NCBI GenBank assembly: GCA_045539595.1
Contig: JAZQFQ010000092.1
Span: 691 to 64,690, forward strand
Source of the DNA: Eubacteriales bacterium
GTDB taxonomy: Bacteria; Bacillota; Clostridia; Oscillospirales; CAG-272
DNA length: 64,000 nucleotides
Direction of reading: 5' to 3'
The notes beneath the pieces are model-generated. The model was not told the origin of the DNA. It made no database searches and saw nothing but the letters and a program-made list of their open reading frames with translations. This document shows, in pieces, positions 28,152 to 36,612 of the stretch; within the stretch, counting starts at the first letter, position 1, and every line of letters begins with the position of its first letter. Both the position numbers and the translations under genes were made by a program.

Positions 28152-28588
28152 CAGTCGGCGTGGGTTTCGTTTTCAGGCGGCGCAGGCTGGGCGCCGTTCT
28201 CCAGGGCGCGCTGGAGGCCAGCAGCGGCGGCGGGGTCGGCCATCTTCACCTCGATGGTGGTGCCCTCGGTGTTGAGGTTGATGTCCTCGGTCAGGTAGCC
28301 GGCGGCCTTGAGGATGGCGTTGTAGGCCTGGGTGTCCGCCCGGCGGATGGCCTTGTCGAGCTGGCGGAGGTTCATTGCCACCTCGTTCGTCAGGTCCTTC
28401 GGGTTGATGCCGAAGCGCTCGAGGTCGGCCAGGATCTTTGGGTCCGGCTGACGGAGTGCAAGGAGATCCCGGACGAGTTTGCGGCCGGTGGACTTGAGCC
28501 TGCGCGCACGCCCGGACGCGCGCCCGCCTTTCGAGGCTTCTTCGACGGTTAGCTTGTGCTGTCCCGGGATGAGGTTTTCGTCGTTCAT
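28151..28588 (-). CDS. terS: terminase small subunit
   Basis: NDENLIPG..EEASKGGRASG; directly upstream of terL. Confidence 0.7.
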   Translation of the reverse strand: MNDENLIPGQHKLTVEEASKGGRASGRARRLKSTGRKLVRDLLALRQPDPKILADLERFGINPKDLTNEVAMNLRQLDKAIRRADTQAYNAILKAAGYLTEDINLNTEGTTIEVKMADPAAAAGLQRALENGAQPAPPENETHAD

Positions 28589-28595
28589 AAGTTGC

Positions 28596-29640
28596 TCATT
28601 TATTGAACCATTGGACTGCCATTTGATGCGCTACGTTAGCTAACATGGGGGGGGGGTACGGACATACCCACCAACCAGCGGAGGCGGATTTTGTTCGGGG
28701 TTTTGTAGTCGCCCGGGAAGCCGGAGACGAGCCGCAGCTCCTTCTCGTTCAACTCCCTGGGGAATGACTGCAGCAGGGTGGACACCGTCGTGAGAGTGGG
28801 GACCACTCGGGACTCGACCGCCCAGCGGCGGGTGTAGCCGGTGAACCGTCCGAAGGCCCTGGCGTTGGTGTCATATAGCCGGGTATCGGAGGGCCGCGCG
28901 TTTTCAAAAAGACCATACTCGAAGTCCGTCATCGTCCTGGCCGTGTCATTCCGGTCGATGACTTGCGAGAATGGGATGGGGGTCTCGTTGAACTCGAGGG
29001 CCAGCAAAGGGAAGCCGAGCTCGACGAGGGAGCCGATGACGAAGGTGCGCACCCGATCCTGCGGGACGCCCATCGAGGCGGCGTTCAGGAGGAAGACCTG
29101 GCACTTGTAGCCGGCGTCCTGCATCGTGGTGAAGATGCGCTTCAGGTAGGATTTGGCGTTGCCCTTGGCGAGGCCGGAGACGTTCTCCAGGATGAAGGTG
29201 CGGGGGCGCAGCTTCTTGATGGTCTCGCAGTAGATGAAGACCAGGTCGTCGAGCGTCTGGAGTGCCTGGCCTTCGGCGAAAACCTTTTCCTTGCCCCACG
29301 CCTTCTCGCGGGAGCCTGCCATCGAGAAGGTCGAGCAGGGTGGCGAGCCGTCCAGGACGTCGAGGTTGTAAAGCTCGTCCGGGAGGTCGTCCCGCTTGTT
29401 GAACTCGCGGAGGTCCTCGACGTAGAGGTGCCTGGGGTGGTGGTTCTCCTTGTAGATGGCCGCGACCTTCGGGTCTATCTCCACGCCGCCAATGTGGTCG
29501 AAGCCGGCGAGTTTGTAGCCCATGGTGGAACCGCCGCCACAGATGAAGGTGCCGAACACCTTGAGCCCATTGGGCCGGATGCCCGGCGCGGGGTAGCCGT
29601 CGGCCAGCCGCCAGTCGTAGGGGAAGAGGTGCTCCGTCAT
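28596..29640 (-). pseudogene. C5 cytosine DNA methyltransferase, frameshifted in motif X at a C10 tract (possibly phase-variable)
   Basis: FICGGG, GSPPCSTFS, ENVSG, PQDRVR; GMSVPPP followed by a premature stop; C9 would restore PPPMLANVAHQMAVQWFNK. Confidence 0.8.
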
Positions 29641-30197
29641 AGGCCGAGCAGTTTGAGGACGGCGTCTTCCGGCGCCGGTGCGATTTCACGGAGGGCGGCG
29701 GTGACGAAGTTGAACTCGTCCGGGGTTAGGGAGATTTCCACGACGACGCGGTCGTCGACCGGAGCGGCGGGCCGGTCGCCCGGAGCCTGGGACGGTGCGC
29801 TGAAGTCGGGAAGGCCGTAGTCCGTGAGGTCGTAGTCGGTCCACTCGTTGGCGAGTGCGTCGGTGTCCCAGCTCCCAAACTTGGAGTTATCCTTGACGGC
29901 GATCTCCTTGAGCTTCGCCGAGGTGAACTCCTGGGCGGTGATGACGGCGCAGAGGATTTCCTTCAGGCCGAGGTGCCGGCTGGCGGATACACGCATATTG
30001 CCGCCGATGGCGACGTAGCGGCAGTCGTGCTCCACGACGATCGGCGGGCGGGCTTCAGCGAGTTCGGGGATACGTTCGATGGAGGCGGCGAGCTTTTCCA
30101 GGCGCGCGAGCGACCAGGTGCGCGGGTTTCGCGGCAAGCCGGGAATCTGGCCTTCATTGAGGTCGATCAGGTCGAGGGGGATGAGTTTAATTTCCAT
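29637..30197 (-). CDS. ParB N-terminal domain protein (paralog A)
   Basis: GQIPGLPRNPR, IGGNMR, KDNSKFGSWD. Confidence 0.8.
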   Translation of the reverse strand: MEIKLIPLDLIDLNEGQIPGLPRNPRTWSLARLEKLAASIERIPELAEARPPIVVEHDCRYVAIGGNMRVSASRHLGLKEILCAVITAQEFTSAKLKEIAVKDNSKFGSWDTDALANEWTDYDLTDYGLPDFSAPSQAPGDRPAAPVDDRVVVEISLTPDEFNFVTAALREIAPAPEDAVLKLLGL

Positions 30198-30741
30198 AGC
30201 CGACGAGGTTCAAGAGTTTGTCCTTGCCTTCTCCGAGGCGTTCCTTGACGATGGGGCCGAGGACCGGGCTGAACTTCAGGCGGAGCACGATGTCCTCGGA
30301 GAATTTGGTCGGGTCGAGCTCCTTGTTGTGCCCGGAGTAGTCATCGGGCGCGACGACGTAGATGCCGAGTTCCTCCAGAGGGAGGTCGGTCCAGTCCTGG
30401 GCGAGGGAGATGTAGTCCCAGTCACCGAAGTCACCATTATCTGCGAGGACGATCTGGCGCATCTTCTCCACGGGCAGGTCGCGGAGGATGAGGACCGGCA
30501 CGGTCTTCCAGCCGTTCTCCTTGCTTGCATCGTAGCGGAGGTTGCCTCCCAGGATGACGTACTTCTTGCCGAAGGGGACGGCGATGATGGGACGGGCGTC
30601 GAATAGCTCCGGCGTGTCGCGCAGGGACTTGGCGAGACGGTCCACCTCATCCTGCCCCCATTGGCGCGGATTGGCCGGGAGGCCGGGGATCTGCCCGGTG
30701 TTCTGCTCGAGGTCCGAGAGTTTGAGCTTCTGGATTTTCAT
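30187..30741 (-). CDS. ParB N-terminal domain protein (paralog B)
   Basis: GQIPGLPANPR, LGGNLR, ADNGDFGDWD. Confidence 0.8.
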   Translation of the reverse strand: MKIQKLKLSDLEQNTGQIPGLPANPRQWGQDEVDRLAKSLRDTPELFDARPIIAVPFGKKYVILGGNLRYDASKENGWKTVPVLILRDLPVEKMRQIVLADNGDFGDWDYISLAQDWTDLPLEELGIYVVAPDDYSGHNKELDPTKFSEDIVLRLKFSPVLGPIVKERLGEGKDKLLNLVGYGN

Positions 30742-31361
30742 TTCTTGGCGGTTTTCGATTTCTGGGTCGTTTTGGCGGCCTTTGGGGTCTTGGCGGGGGT
30801 CGGTGCCGCCTTCGGTGTTGACGGGGCGCTGGCGGGCTCCTGGGCGGCAGCAGCGGCCGGTTCGGGCTCGGGCTCCTGGACGGGCGCAGGTTCGGGGGCG
30901 AGGTAAGTCGCCGTCACTTTGAGGAGGTCCCCGTCGACCTCAACGTCGAGCGATGGCTTCTTCGCCGATTCATCCAGGGCCTGCTGGGCGGAGAGTTCCG
31001 GGGTCTGCTCGGGCTCGGACTCCAGCTCGAGTGCGGTCTCGGGCTCCTGGGCGGGTTCCTCAACCGGTTCCTGGGCAGCGGCGGAGAGTTTCGCGGCCTC
31101 GGCGTCATTCGCCGCGGCGATGCGCGCCTCCTTGTCCTGGAAGTAGGCCTTCCCGGCGACGCGGAGGATCCGCAGGACGCAGGAGGCGCAGGCGTAGTTG
31201 GTCCGGGCGCCGGACTTGTAGAGGCCGGCCGCGCGGATGATCTTGTCAATCTTCTCGGCGTTGCGGAAGCCCACGTAGCCGGCATAGCCGGACCGGGTGG
31301 CGGTCCGGAAGTAGCCCTCAAAGGGTGCGAGGGCCTGGAATTGTTCTTCGGTGTAGATCAT
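30738..31361 (-). CDS. hypothetical protein with a CxxC motif and low-complexity C-terminus
   Basis: TNYACASCV; Pro/Glu/Ala/Lys-rich tail. Confidence 0.65.
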   Translation of the reverse strand: MIYTEEQFQALAPFEGYFRTATRSGYAGYVGFRNAEKIDKIIRAAGLYKSGARTNYACASCVLRILRVAGKAYFQDKEARIAAANDAEAAKLSAAAQEPVEEPAQEPETALELESEPEQTPELSAQQALDESAKKPSLDVEVDGDLLKVTATYLAPEPAPVQEPEPEPAAAAAQEPASAPSTPKAAPTPAKTPKAAKTTQKSKTAKK

Positions 31362-31687
31362 ATCTTCGGCGTTATTTTGTCGATGAGCCAGGCGAGTGTC
31401 TCGCGTAGAAATACCAGAAACGCGCCCAGCGGTATAGAGAGCAGGGAAAGGAGGGCGGCCTCGCCGACGGTGAGGAGGGTGAGCTGGCCCTGGATGCCGG
31501 CCCAGATGAGGCTGGACCAGAAGGCGGCGCACTTGCCGCAGTCGAAGGGCGGCAGGGGCCGGAGGTTCTCCTCGGTGGTGTGGAGCCAGCGGGCCAGGGC
31601 GGACCGCCAGGAGTAGGTGAAGCCGGAGACGTCGACGCCGTAGACGACGACGGTGGCCACGATGAGGAGCTGGAGGTAGATGTTCAT
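31358..31687 (-). CDS. membrane protein with PFDCxxC motif
   Basis: MNIYLQLLIV...PPFDCGKCAAFW. Confidence 0.7.
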   Translation of the reverse strand: MNIYLQLLIVATVVVYGVDVSGFTYSWRSALARWLHTTEENLRPLPPFDCGKCAAFWSSLIWAGIQGQLTLLTVGEAALLSLLSIPLGAFLVFLRETLAWLIDKITPKI

Positions 31688-31971
31688 AGCTTTGCCTTGA
31701 TGGTGTCCTTGATGCGCTTGATCTCCTTGTGCATGGTGACGTAGCTGACGCCGAAGACCTCGCCCAGCCGGCGGAGGCTGCCGCAGTCCAGGTACATGAG
31801 GAAGAGGATGCGGTCGACGGGGTTGAGCTCCAGCATGATCACCTGCTTGGCCCGGCGGATTTTCTCCGGCTCCTCGTTGAAGATGGAGGGGTCGTAGGTG
31901 TAGTCCTTGGCGATGTCGGCGAAGGTGCGGAGCAGCTTGCGCTGCGGGGTGTAGGGTTGCTTCTTTGTCAT
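31684..31971 (-). CDS. sigma-70 region-4-like HTH protein (half of a split sigma factor)
   Basis: LNPVDRILFLMYLDCGSLRRLGEVFGVSYVTMHKEIKRIK. Confidence 0.75.
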   Translation of the reverse strand: MTKKQPYTPQRKLLRTFADIAKDYTYDPSIFNEEPEKIRRAKQVIMLELNPVDRILFLMYLDCGSLRRLGEVFGVSYVTMHKEIKRIKDTIKAKL

Positions 31972-32273
31972 AGCTTGTCGGAGATGGTTGCGATGTCGAT
32001 GTAGTGTATGCCGTGGCGGTGGAAGATGTCGCGCCAGGGAGAGTCGCGGGAGCGGTACTGGTTGAGGATGATCCGGGCGATGAAGAAGTCGATGGCGTCG
32101 GACTCCCAGAGGTCGACGATCTTGTCCTCGTCATAGGTCAGCAGGGCGAGGTAGACCATCTGCGCGAGATCGCGGAGATCCGGAGCGAGGCTCGAGCAGC
32201 GGGCCACGTTCCGAATGAATTCCTCCACCCGCCCCTGCCGGGCGAGTGTTTCTACGATCTCGCGCCTGGTCAT
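31968..32273 (-). CDS. sigma-70 region-2-like protein (half of a split sigma factor)
   Basis: DLRDLAQMVYLALL...FFIARIILNQYRS. Confidence 0.7.
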   Translation of the reverse strand: MTRREIVETLARQGRVEEFIRNVARCSSLAPDLRDLAQMVYLALLTYDEDKIVDLWESDAIDFFIARIILNQYRSRDSPWRDIFHRHGIHYIDIATISDKL

Positions 32274-32468
32274 CTATGTCTCATCTTCGCCCCCCCCCTG
32301 GGCTATGTCCCGGAGCCGGGCGTTGATATTCAGCAGTTCGGACCGCAGGCACTCCTGGCGGACGTAGCGGTCCACGGTGTCGGCCATGGCCAGGGCCGCG
32401 GCCTTCAGCTCGGCGAGGCGTGTCCGGAGGCACTCGTTTTCGATGTCGACGTAGCGGCCGTTGGTCAT
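32274..32468 (-). CDS. hypothetical protein
   Basis: coupled small ORF. Confidence 0.6.
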   Translation of the reverse strand: MTNGRYVDIENECLRTRLAELKAAALAMADTVDRYVRQECLRSELLNINARLRDIAQGGGEDET

Positions 32469-33232
32469 AGCTCGATGTGCTTGATGGCGGTGACGGTGTA
32501 GCCGCGGCGGCGGAGCTCGGCGGCCAGGGCTTGATCGGAGAAGCCCTCGATACGCGGGCGGATCTCGAGATGCTTGGTCAGGCTCCCCTCCTTGATGGCT
32601 TCCAGCGCCCCCTGGCTGAGTTGCGGGAAGGGATCAGGCTCGCCCCGCATGGCTTCCAGCATTTCCGCTCGCTCGGCGGCCCAGGCCTTCGTCAGCTCCA
32701 TGGCGCGGTCGCGGTCCTCGATGCGGATGGTCTGCTTGTTTCTGTTCGGGATGTAGGTGACCTCGATGTCGTGGTCGCGGAGGTAGGCGGCGAGGCCGGC
32801 GATGCCCTTGGCGCCGGCCTTCCGGGCGAGGGATTCGATCTGGACGACGCCGGACCGGTTGGGCTTGCCGGACCTGGGGGCCGGGGCTTCGCGCTTCCCG
32901 ACTTCCGGCAAGGCGGCGATCGCTTCCTTGGTCGGGACGTCACCGGACGGGCCGGGGACCTCAACCTTGGGGGCCGGGGCGACCTTGCCGGAAGCGTCCT
33001 CCCGGAAGCGGGTGTCGGGCGTTTCGCCCTTGCTGACGAAGGCGGGATCCTTGAGCTTCTTGAAGCCGCAGCCGGTGCTGCCGTCCATGGGACGGGCCCA
33101 GCCCCGCTCGTCGATGGTGTATTCCTTTCCGTCTGCGTCGCGGACGGTGTCTCCCGGGAAGATCTCGCGGAAGAAGCAGTCGACGCCGACGGGTTTGTCG
33201 TGGTGGATTGTCATGGTGTGCTGTTGTTTCAT
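32465..33232 (-). CDS. hypothetical protein with a YopX-like N-terminal motif
   Basis: GVDCFFREIFPGDTV; C-terminal FSDQALAAELRRRGY. Confidence 0.6.
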   Translation of the reverse strand: MKQQHTMTIHHDKPVGVDCFFREIFPGDTVRDADGKEYTIDERGWARPMDGSTGCGFKKLKDPAFVSKGETPDTRFREDASGKVAPAPKVEVPGPSGDVPTKEAIAALPEVGKREAPAPRSGKPNRSGVVQIESLARKAGAKGIAGLAAYLRDHDIEVTYIPNRNKQTIRIEDRDRAMELTKAWAAERAEMLEAMRGEPDPFPQLSQGALEAIKEGSLTKHLEIRPRIEGFSDQALAAELRRRGYTVTAIKHIEL

Positions 33233-33651
33233 TTTCCGAAGACCAGCATCGCGGCGTCGCGGGCGTGCTCGGAGGTGCGGCCCTTGTAGCCGGTGATCCG
33301 GGCGAAGACCACGGCGCTGAGCTTGGTCGTGTTGTACTTGGGCGGGACCTTCACCAGCCGGATGCCGTAGTCCTCGCAGAAGTCCTCCCAGACGGAGGCG
33401 TCGCGCTTGACGGAGCCGGCGCCCTGGGCGCGGCCCTTGAACTCGGCCAGGGATTTCTCGCGGGGAATCCAGGTGCGGAGCCGGGCGTCCTCGACGTAGA
33501 CGGTGACCTGGTCCGGGCAATGGACGCGGGCGTAGTCCCGGACGTCGAAGAGGGCGCGGTGGAGGGGGCGGGTGTCCAGCTCGATGAAGCTGGCCCCGTC
33601 CCATACTGCGAAGCCGGTGTGCCGGCCGGTGTCGACGCCGATGTGGAGCAT
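33229..33651 (-). CDS. RuvC-like Holliday junction resolvase
   Basis: IGVDTGRHTGFAVWD, VYVED, SEHARDAAML. Confidence 0.75.
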   Translation of the reverse strand: MLHIGVDTGRHTGFAVWDGASFIELDTRPLHRALFDVRDYARVHCPDQVTVYVEDARLRTWIPREKSLAEFKGRAQGAGSVKRDASVWEDFCEDYGIRLVKVPPKYNTTKLSAVVFARITGYKGRTSEHARDAAMLVFGK

Positions 33652-33652
33652 A

Positions 33653-33925
33653 CTATGAGGCCCGCGCGGCGTGCTTGATGGTCTTGTATACCGGAGCGCC
33701 GTAGATGCCGGTCTCCTTGAGGCGGATGCGCTGAGTCCGGACGACCTGGAGCCCGAAGGTCTTGGGCGTCTTCGGCTGGAGGTGGTCGCGCTTGAGTTCG
33801 CGCTCTGATGCGCCCAGGGTCCAGCGCTTTTCCATCGCGCTCCCGTAGGGAGTATCTTTGGCGCCCGTGGATCGAAAGGCGGAGGCCCGGCGGGCCTTCT
33901 TCGCTTGTGTGTGCTTGAGTTTCAT
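33653..33925 (-). CDS. small basic hypothetical protein
   Basis: MKLKHTQAKKARR... Confidence 0.55.
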   Translation of the reverse strand: MKLKHTQAKKARRASAFRSTGAKDTPYGSAMEKRWTLGASERELKRDHLQPKTPKTFGLQVVRTQRIRLKETGIYGAPVYKTIKHAARAS

Positions 33926-33930
33926 TGGAT

Positions 33931-34482
33931 TTAGTCGTCGAAGGTTATCCCGTAGGCCGCGGCGAGCTGCCGGATGGCGTCCCGGCCGTAGGCGTTCCGG
34001 GTGATGGTCATGAAGTAGCGCGGCGTGTACTCGCCCTCGATGTCGAGGCCGTGTTCGCGCGTGAACTGATCCCGGCCCATTGTGCATGATCCGGTGAGGA
34101 TGTGGTGCCAGGTATAGAGGTCCCGGAAGGCGGCCTTCGCGTCCGGATCGGGGAAGGTGTCAAGGAAGCGGGCAATCCGGTCCTCGAGCGGCGACGCATT
34201 GAGCTCCTTCGCCTGGGCGTCCTGCAGGGCGTCGTGCGCAGTCTCGCCATGCGCGTAGCTGTTGCCGGACCGGGCGATGAAGCAGGGATTCAGGGTGAGG
34301 TCGCTCATGACGATGAAGCCGCGGGCGAGATCTCCGCGCACCTGGTCGATGAGTGTCGGGACGTCGTCTATGCGGTACACCTTGCGGCCGTCGTATGCCT
34401 TGATGCCGGAGCCGTAGCCGGAGCCGTAGCCGGAGCCGTCGCCGTCGCCGGAGCCGGAGCCGTTAATTTTTACTTCGTCCAT
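33931..34482 (-). CDS. GSGDG-repeat phage protein (probably chimeric across the junction)
   Basis: GSGSGDGDGSGYGSGYGSG then AHGETAHDA, WHHILTGSCTMGR. Confidence 0.8.
   Translation of the reverse strand: MDEVKINGSGSGDGDGSGYGSGYGSGIKAYDGRKVYRIDDVPTLIDQVRGDLARGFIVMSDLTLNPCFIARSGNSYAHGETAHDALQDAQAKELNASPLEDRIARFLDTFPDPDAKAAFRDLYTWHHILTGSCTMGRDQFTREHGLDIEGEYTPRYFMTITRNAYGRDAIRQLAAAYGITFDD
34405..34463. repeat. degenerate hexamer microsatellite (GCCGGA/GCCGTA/GCCGTC), the phage-phage junction
   Basis: about 10 hexamer units; GC content and SD usage switch at this point. Confidence 0.8.
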
Positions 34483-34841
34483 ACTTTCACCCCGTCAATG
34501 GCTTCTTTTGCGGCTGCGGTAATGGGAATAATCTCGATTACCTCAGTCAAGATAACCTTATCCACGGCGGCGGGGAACTTGCAGTTTTCGGGCTTGCTGG
34601 GGCCACGGGTGGCAAGTTCGGACAGGCTTGCCGCACCATCCCAATACCAAATCCGGCGTGCGTTGCGCAGAACAGCTTCTTTGCCGTTACGGCTTTCAAT
34701 GTACCCGGCGAACACGCCAGCGGAGAAGGTGCGAACCATGCAATACTCCATGCCGTCAAGTTCAGGGGCCGGGATGTTAGCGGGGACGCTGGATTTCAGC
34801 ACATAGACCTCGCCGTTGATAGTGATTTCGTTTTTGTTCAT
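34470..34841 (-). CDS. DUF6948-like phage protein
   Basis: MVRTFSAGVFAG, NARRIWYWDGAASLSELA; preceded by a GAAAGGAG SD. Confidence 0.8.
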   Translation of the reverse strand: MNKNEITINGEVYVLKSSVPANIPAPELDGMEYCMVRTFSAGVFAGYIESRNGKEAVLRNARRIWYWDGAASLSELATRGPSKPENCKFPAAVDKVILTEVIEIIPITAAAKEAIDGVKVWTK

Positions 34842-34961
34842 AGTTGACTCCTTTCTGTCAGTCATCAGTTACCTCTCATACAAATAGCAATCCCATACTG
34901 TCCTACACGTCCCGTAAACGCGGATTCAGTTCCAGATTGTACTCTGCGATATATCCGATTT

Positions 34962-35288
34962 TCATACAGATTCCTCCTTCGGCGGCTCTGGCATAATCAC
35001 CAGAAGGGTGGCTGTGATACACTTCTCATCCAAGCCACAATTTTCTTCATCACCAAAGGCAATGGCATTGCACTCCTGCAAATACCTCGCAATTCTGCGC
35101 ACCATTTCTCCCTTGATATACTCCTTGAAATCGTAGAAATTGGAATGACGCGAGATTACATCGTTGTAGCAACGCTTATCGGTGAATTTCTCCACCTTCA
35201 CACCGGGCAACGCTTCAAGGTTCTTGATGGGGTCTTGGCAATGCCGAACAACGGCGATTGCGTCCGCTCTGCTAATCAGGTCATCCAT
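34962..35288 (-). CDS. hypothetical protein (DLISR N-terminal module)
   Basis: MDDLISRADAI...MPEPPKEE. Confidence 0.7.
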   Translation of the reverse strand: MDDLISRADAIAVVRHCQDPIKNLEALPGVKVEKFTDKRCYNDVISRHSNFYDFKEYIKGEMVRRIARYLQECNAIAFGDEENCGLDEKCITATLLVIMPEPPKEESV

Positions 35289-35472
35289 TGTTTCTCCTTT
35301 CTGCTCTGCGCAGAGCCGCTTGCTCTGAGTAGGCATCTCTGCCCAGTTTGCTCAGGTTGCGTTCCTTTGCATAGCGGCTCAATCTTTTGCGGTGGCACTC
35401 TGGGCAAATCATCCCTTTGTGGCTTTTGGGTTCAAAAATGCGCTCGCAATCTTGGCATATTTCTTTAGCCAT
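35281..35472 (-). CDS. small Zn-finger protein
   Basis: CQDC...CPEC. Confidence 0.65.
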   Translation of the reverse strand: MAKEICQDCERIFEPKSHKGMICPECHRKRLSRYAKERNLSKLGRDAYSEQAALRRAERRNNG

Positions 35473-35728
35473 CGCTTCTCCTTTCTCCGTATGAACAGAA
35501 ATCGTCATATTCCATAATCTCGAAAGTTTTCATGCACTTTCCTTTTGGCCCATCGCTCTTGCCCCAAGTGTCAGGGTCTGCGTCCCACCTCTTGCAGTCC
35601 TTACACCGCACTACAGGCACAGCGTCGACCACAGGTGCGGTGACAATCGCCCTGTGCAGTATCGCCTATCTGTCGAAAGTGCTTGCACGATCCACATTTG
35701 CTTTCAAGGTTAATGGTTTTAAGCATAA

Positions 35729-36067
35729 TCATTCACCCTCCTTCGGCGGCTCAGGCAGGGGCATCCAGTGGGTGACAATGCCCTCAAGGTCATATATAAC
35801 GCTACCCTCGTACCATTCCCAGCAGATGCCGCCATTCACACCAACATCGACCAAGGCACATACAACAACACCTGATGAATACCATATGCCCTCCCCATAG
35901 GAACACCATGAATCATCGCAACAGACTATGTATGTCCCGCTTTTCTCCGGCAACCTCTCCGTCACAGGAATCCAGCCAACACCGGGCAACGCTTCAAGGT
36001 TCTTGATGGGGTCTTTTCCGTAGCGGACAGCGGCGATTGCGTCCGCTCTGCTAATCAGGTCAGTCAT
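35729..36067 (-). CDS. DUF551-domain protein
   Basis: WIPVTERLPE...VTHWMPLPEPP. Confidence 0.85.
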   Translation of the reverse strand: MTDLISRADAIAAVRYGKDPIKNLEALPGVGWIPVTERLPEKSGTYIVCCDDSWCSYGEGIWYSSGVVVCALVDVGVNGGICWEWYEGSVIYDLEGIVTHWMPLPEPPKEGE

Positions 36068-36431
36068 TGGTTCTCCTTTCTCCGTCCGGGTTGAAGCCCC
36101 GGCAGTTTCCGCTTTCAGGCAGACACCACCCAAATCCGTTTACGCACATCCCAAATTTGTTTTTGCAGTACGGCGCAGGATTCGGCACACCGGAGCAAAC
36201 ATAGTCCACAAAGGCTTCCTGCAGTTCTTCATACTTGGCGGTCAGCCCTCTGACCCAGTCCTGGAGCCGGTCGTGCCGGTGGCGTTCGTCCTCCAGCTCC
36301 TTCTGGAGCTGCTCCAGGCGGGCGGCGGCAACCCGCCGCACGTCTTTTGTCACATTGTCCTCGGAGACGTATGCGGTAAAATGTCCATCTACGCAGCGTC
36401 TCAGCGCGGCGATAATCTCAGTAGTGGTCAT
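36060..36431 (-). CDS. hypothetical protein
   Basis: EIIAALRRC N-terminus, Cys-rich C-terminus. Confidence 0.65.
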   Translation of the reverse strand: MTTTEIIAALRRCVDGHFTAYVSEDNVTKDVRRVAAARLEQLQKELEDERHRHDRLQDWVRGLTAKYEELQEAFVDYVCSGVPNPAPYCKNKFGMCVNGFGWCLPESGNCRGFNPDGERRTND

Positions 36432-36612
36432 TGTGTGGTTTCCTCCTCTCAAAGCCCTTGCATTCCCACGATCTTGCAATGTACATCGTGGCGTTATGGC
36501 GTTTCCCGTCACATCTTCGGCAGGGTGGGTTCTCATCCTCCAGACAATTGTCTGTACCCTGATAGCGGCATACGGAGCATTTGCATCCGCTGCAGTGTTT
36601 GGTCAGTTTCAT
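36418..36612 (-). CDS. small Cys-rich protein
   Basis: CSGCKCSVC..C..C. Confidence 0.55.
   Translation of the reverse strand: MKLTKHCSGCKCSVCRYQGTDNCLEDENPPCRRCDGKRHNATMYIARSWECKGFERRKPHNDHY

Noticed and set aside
3871-33224. CAGCACAACATG-like word before several starts (4881, 7821, 33214)
   Set aside because: Short, and consistent with the ordinary A-rich Bacteroidota initiation context.
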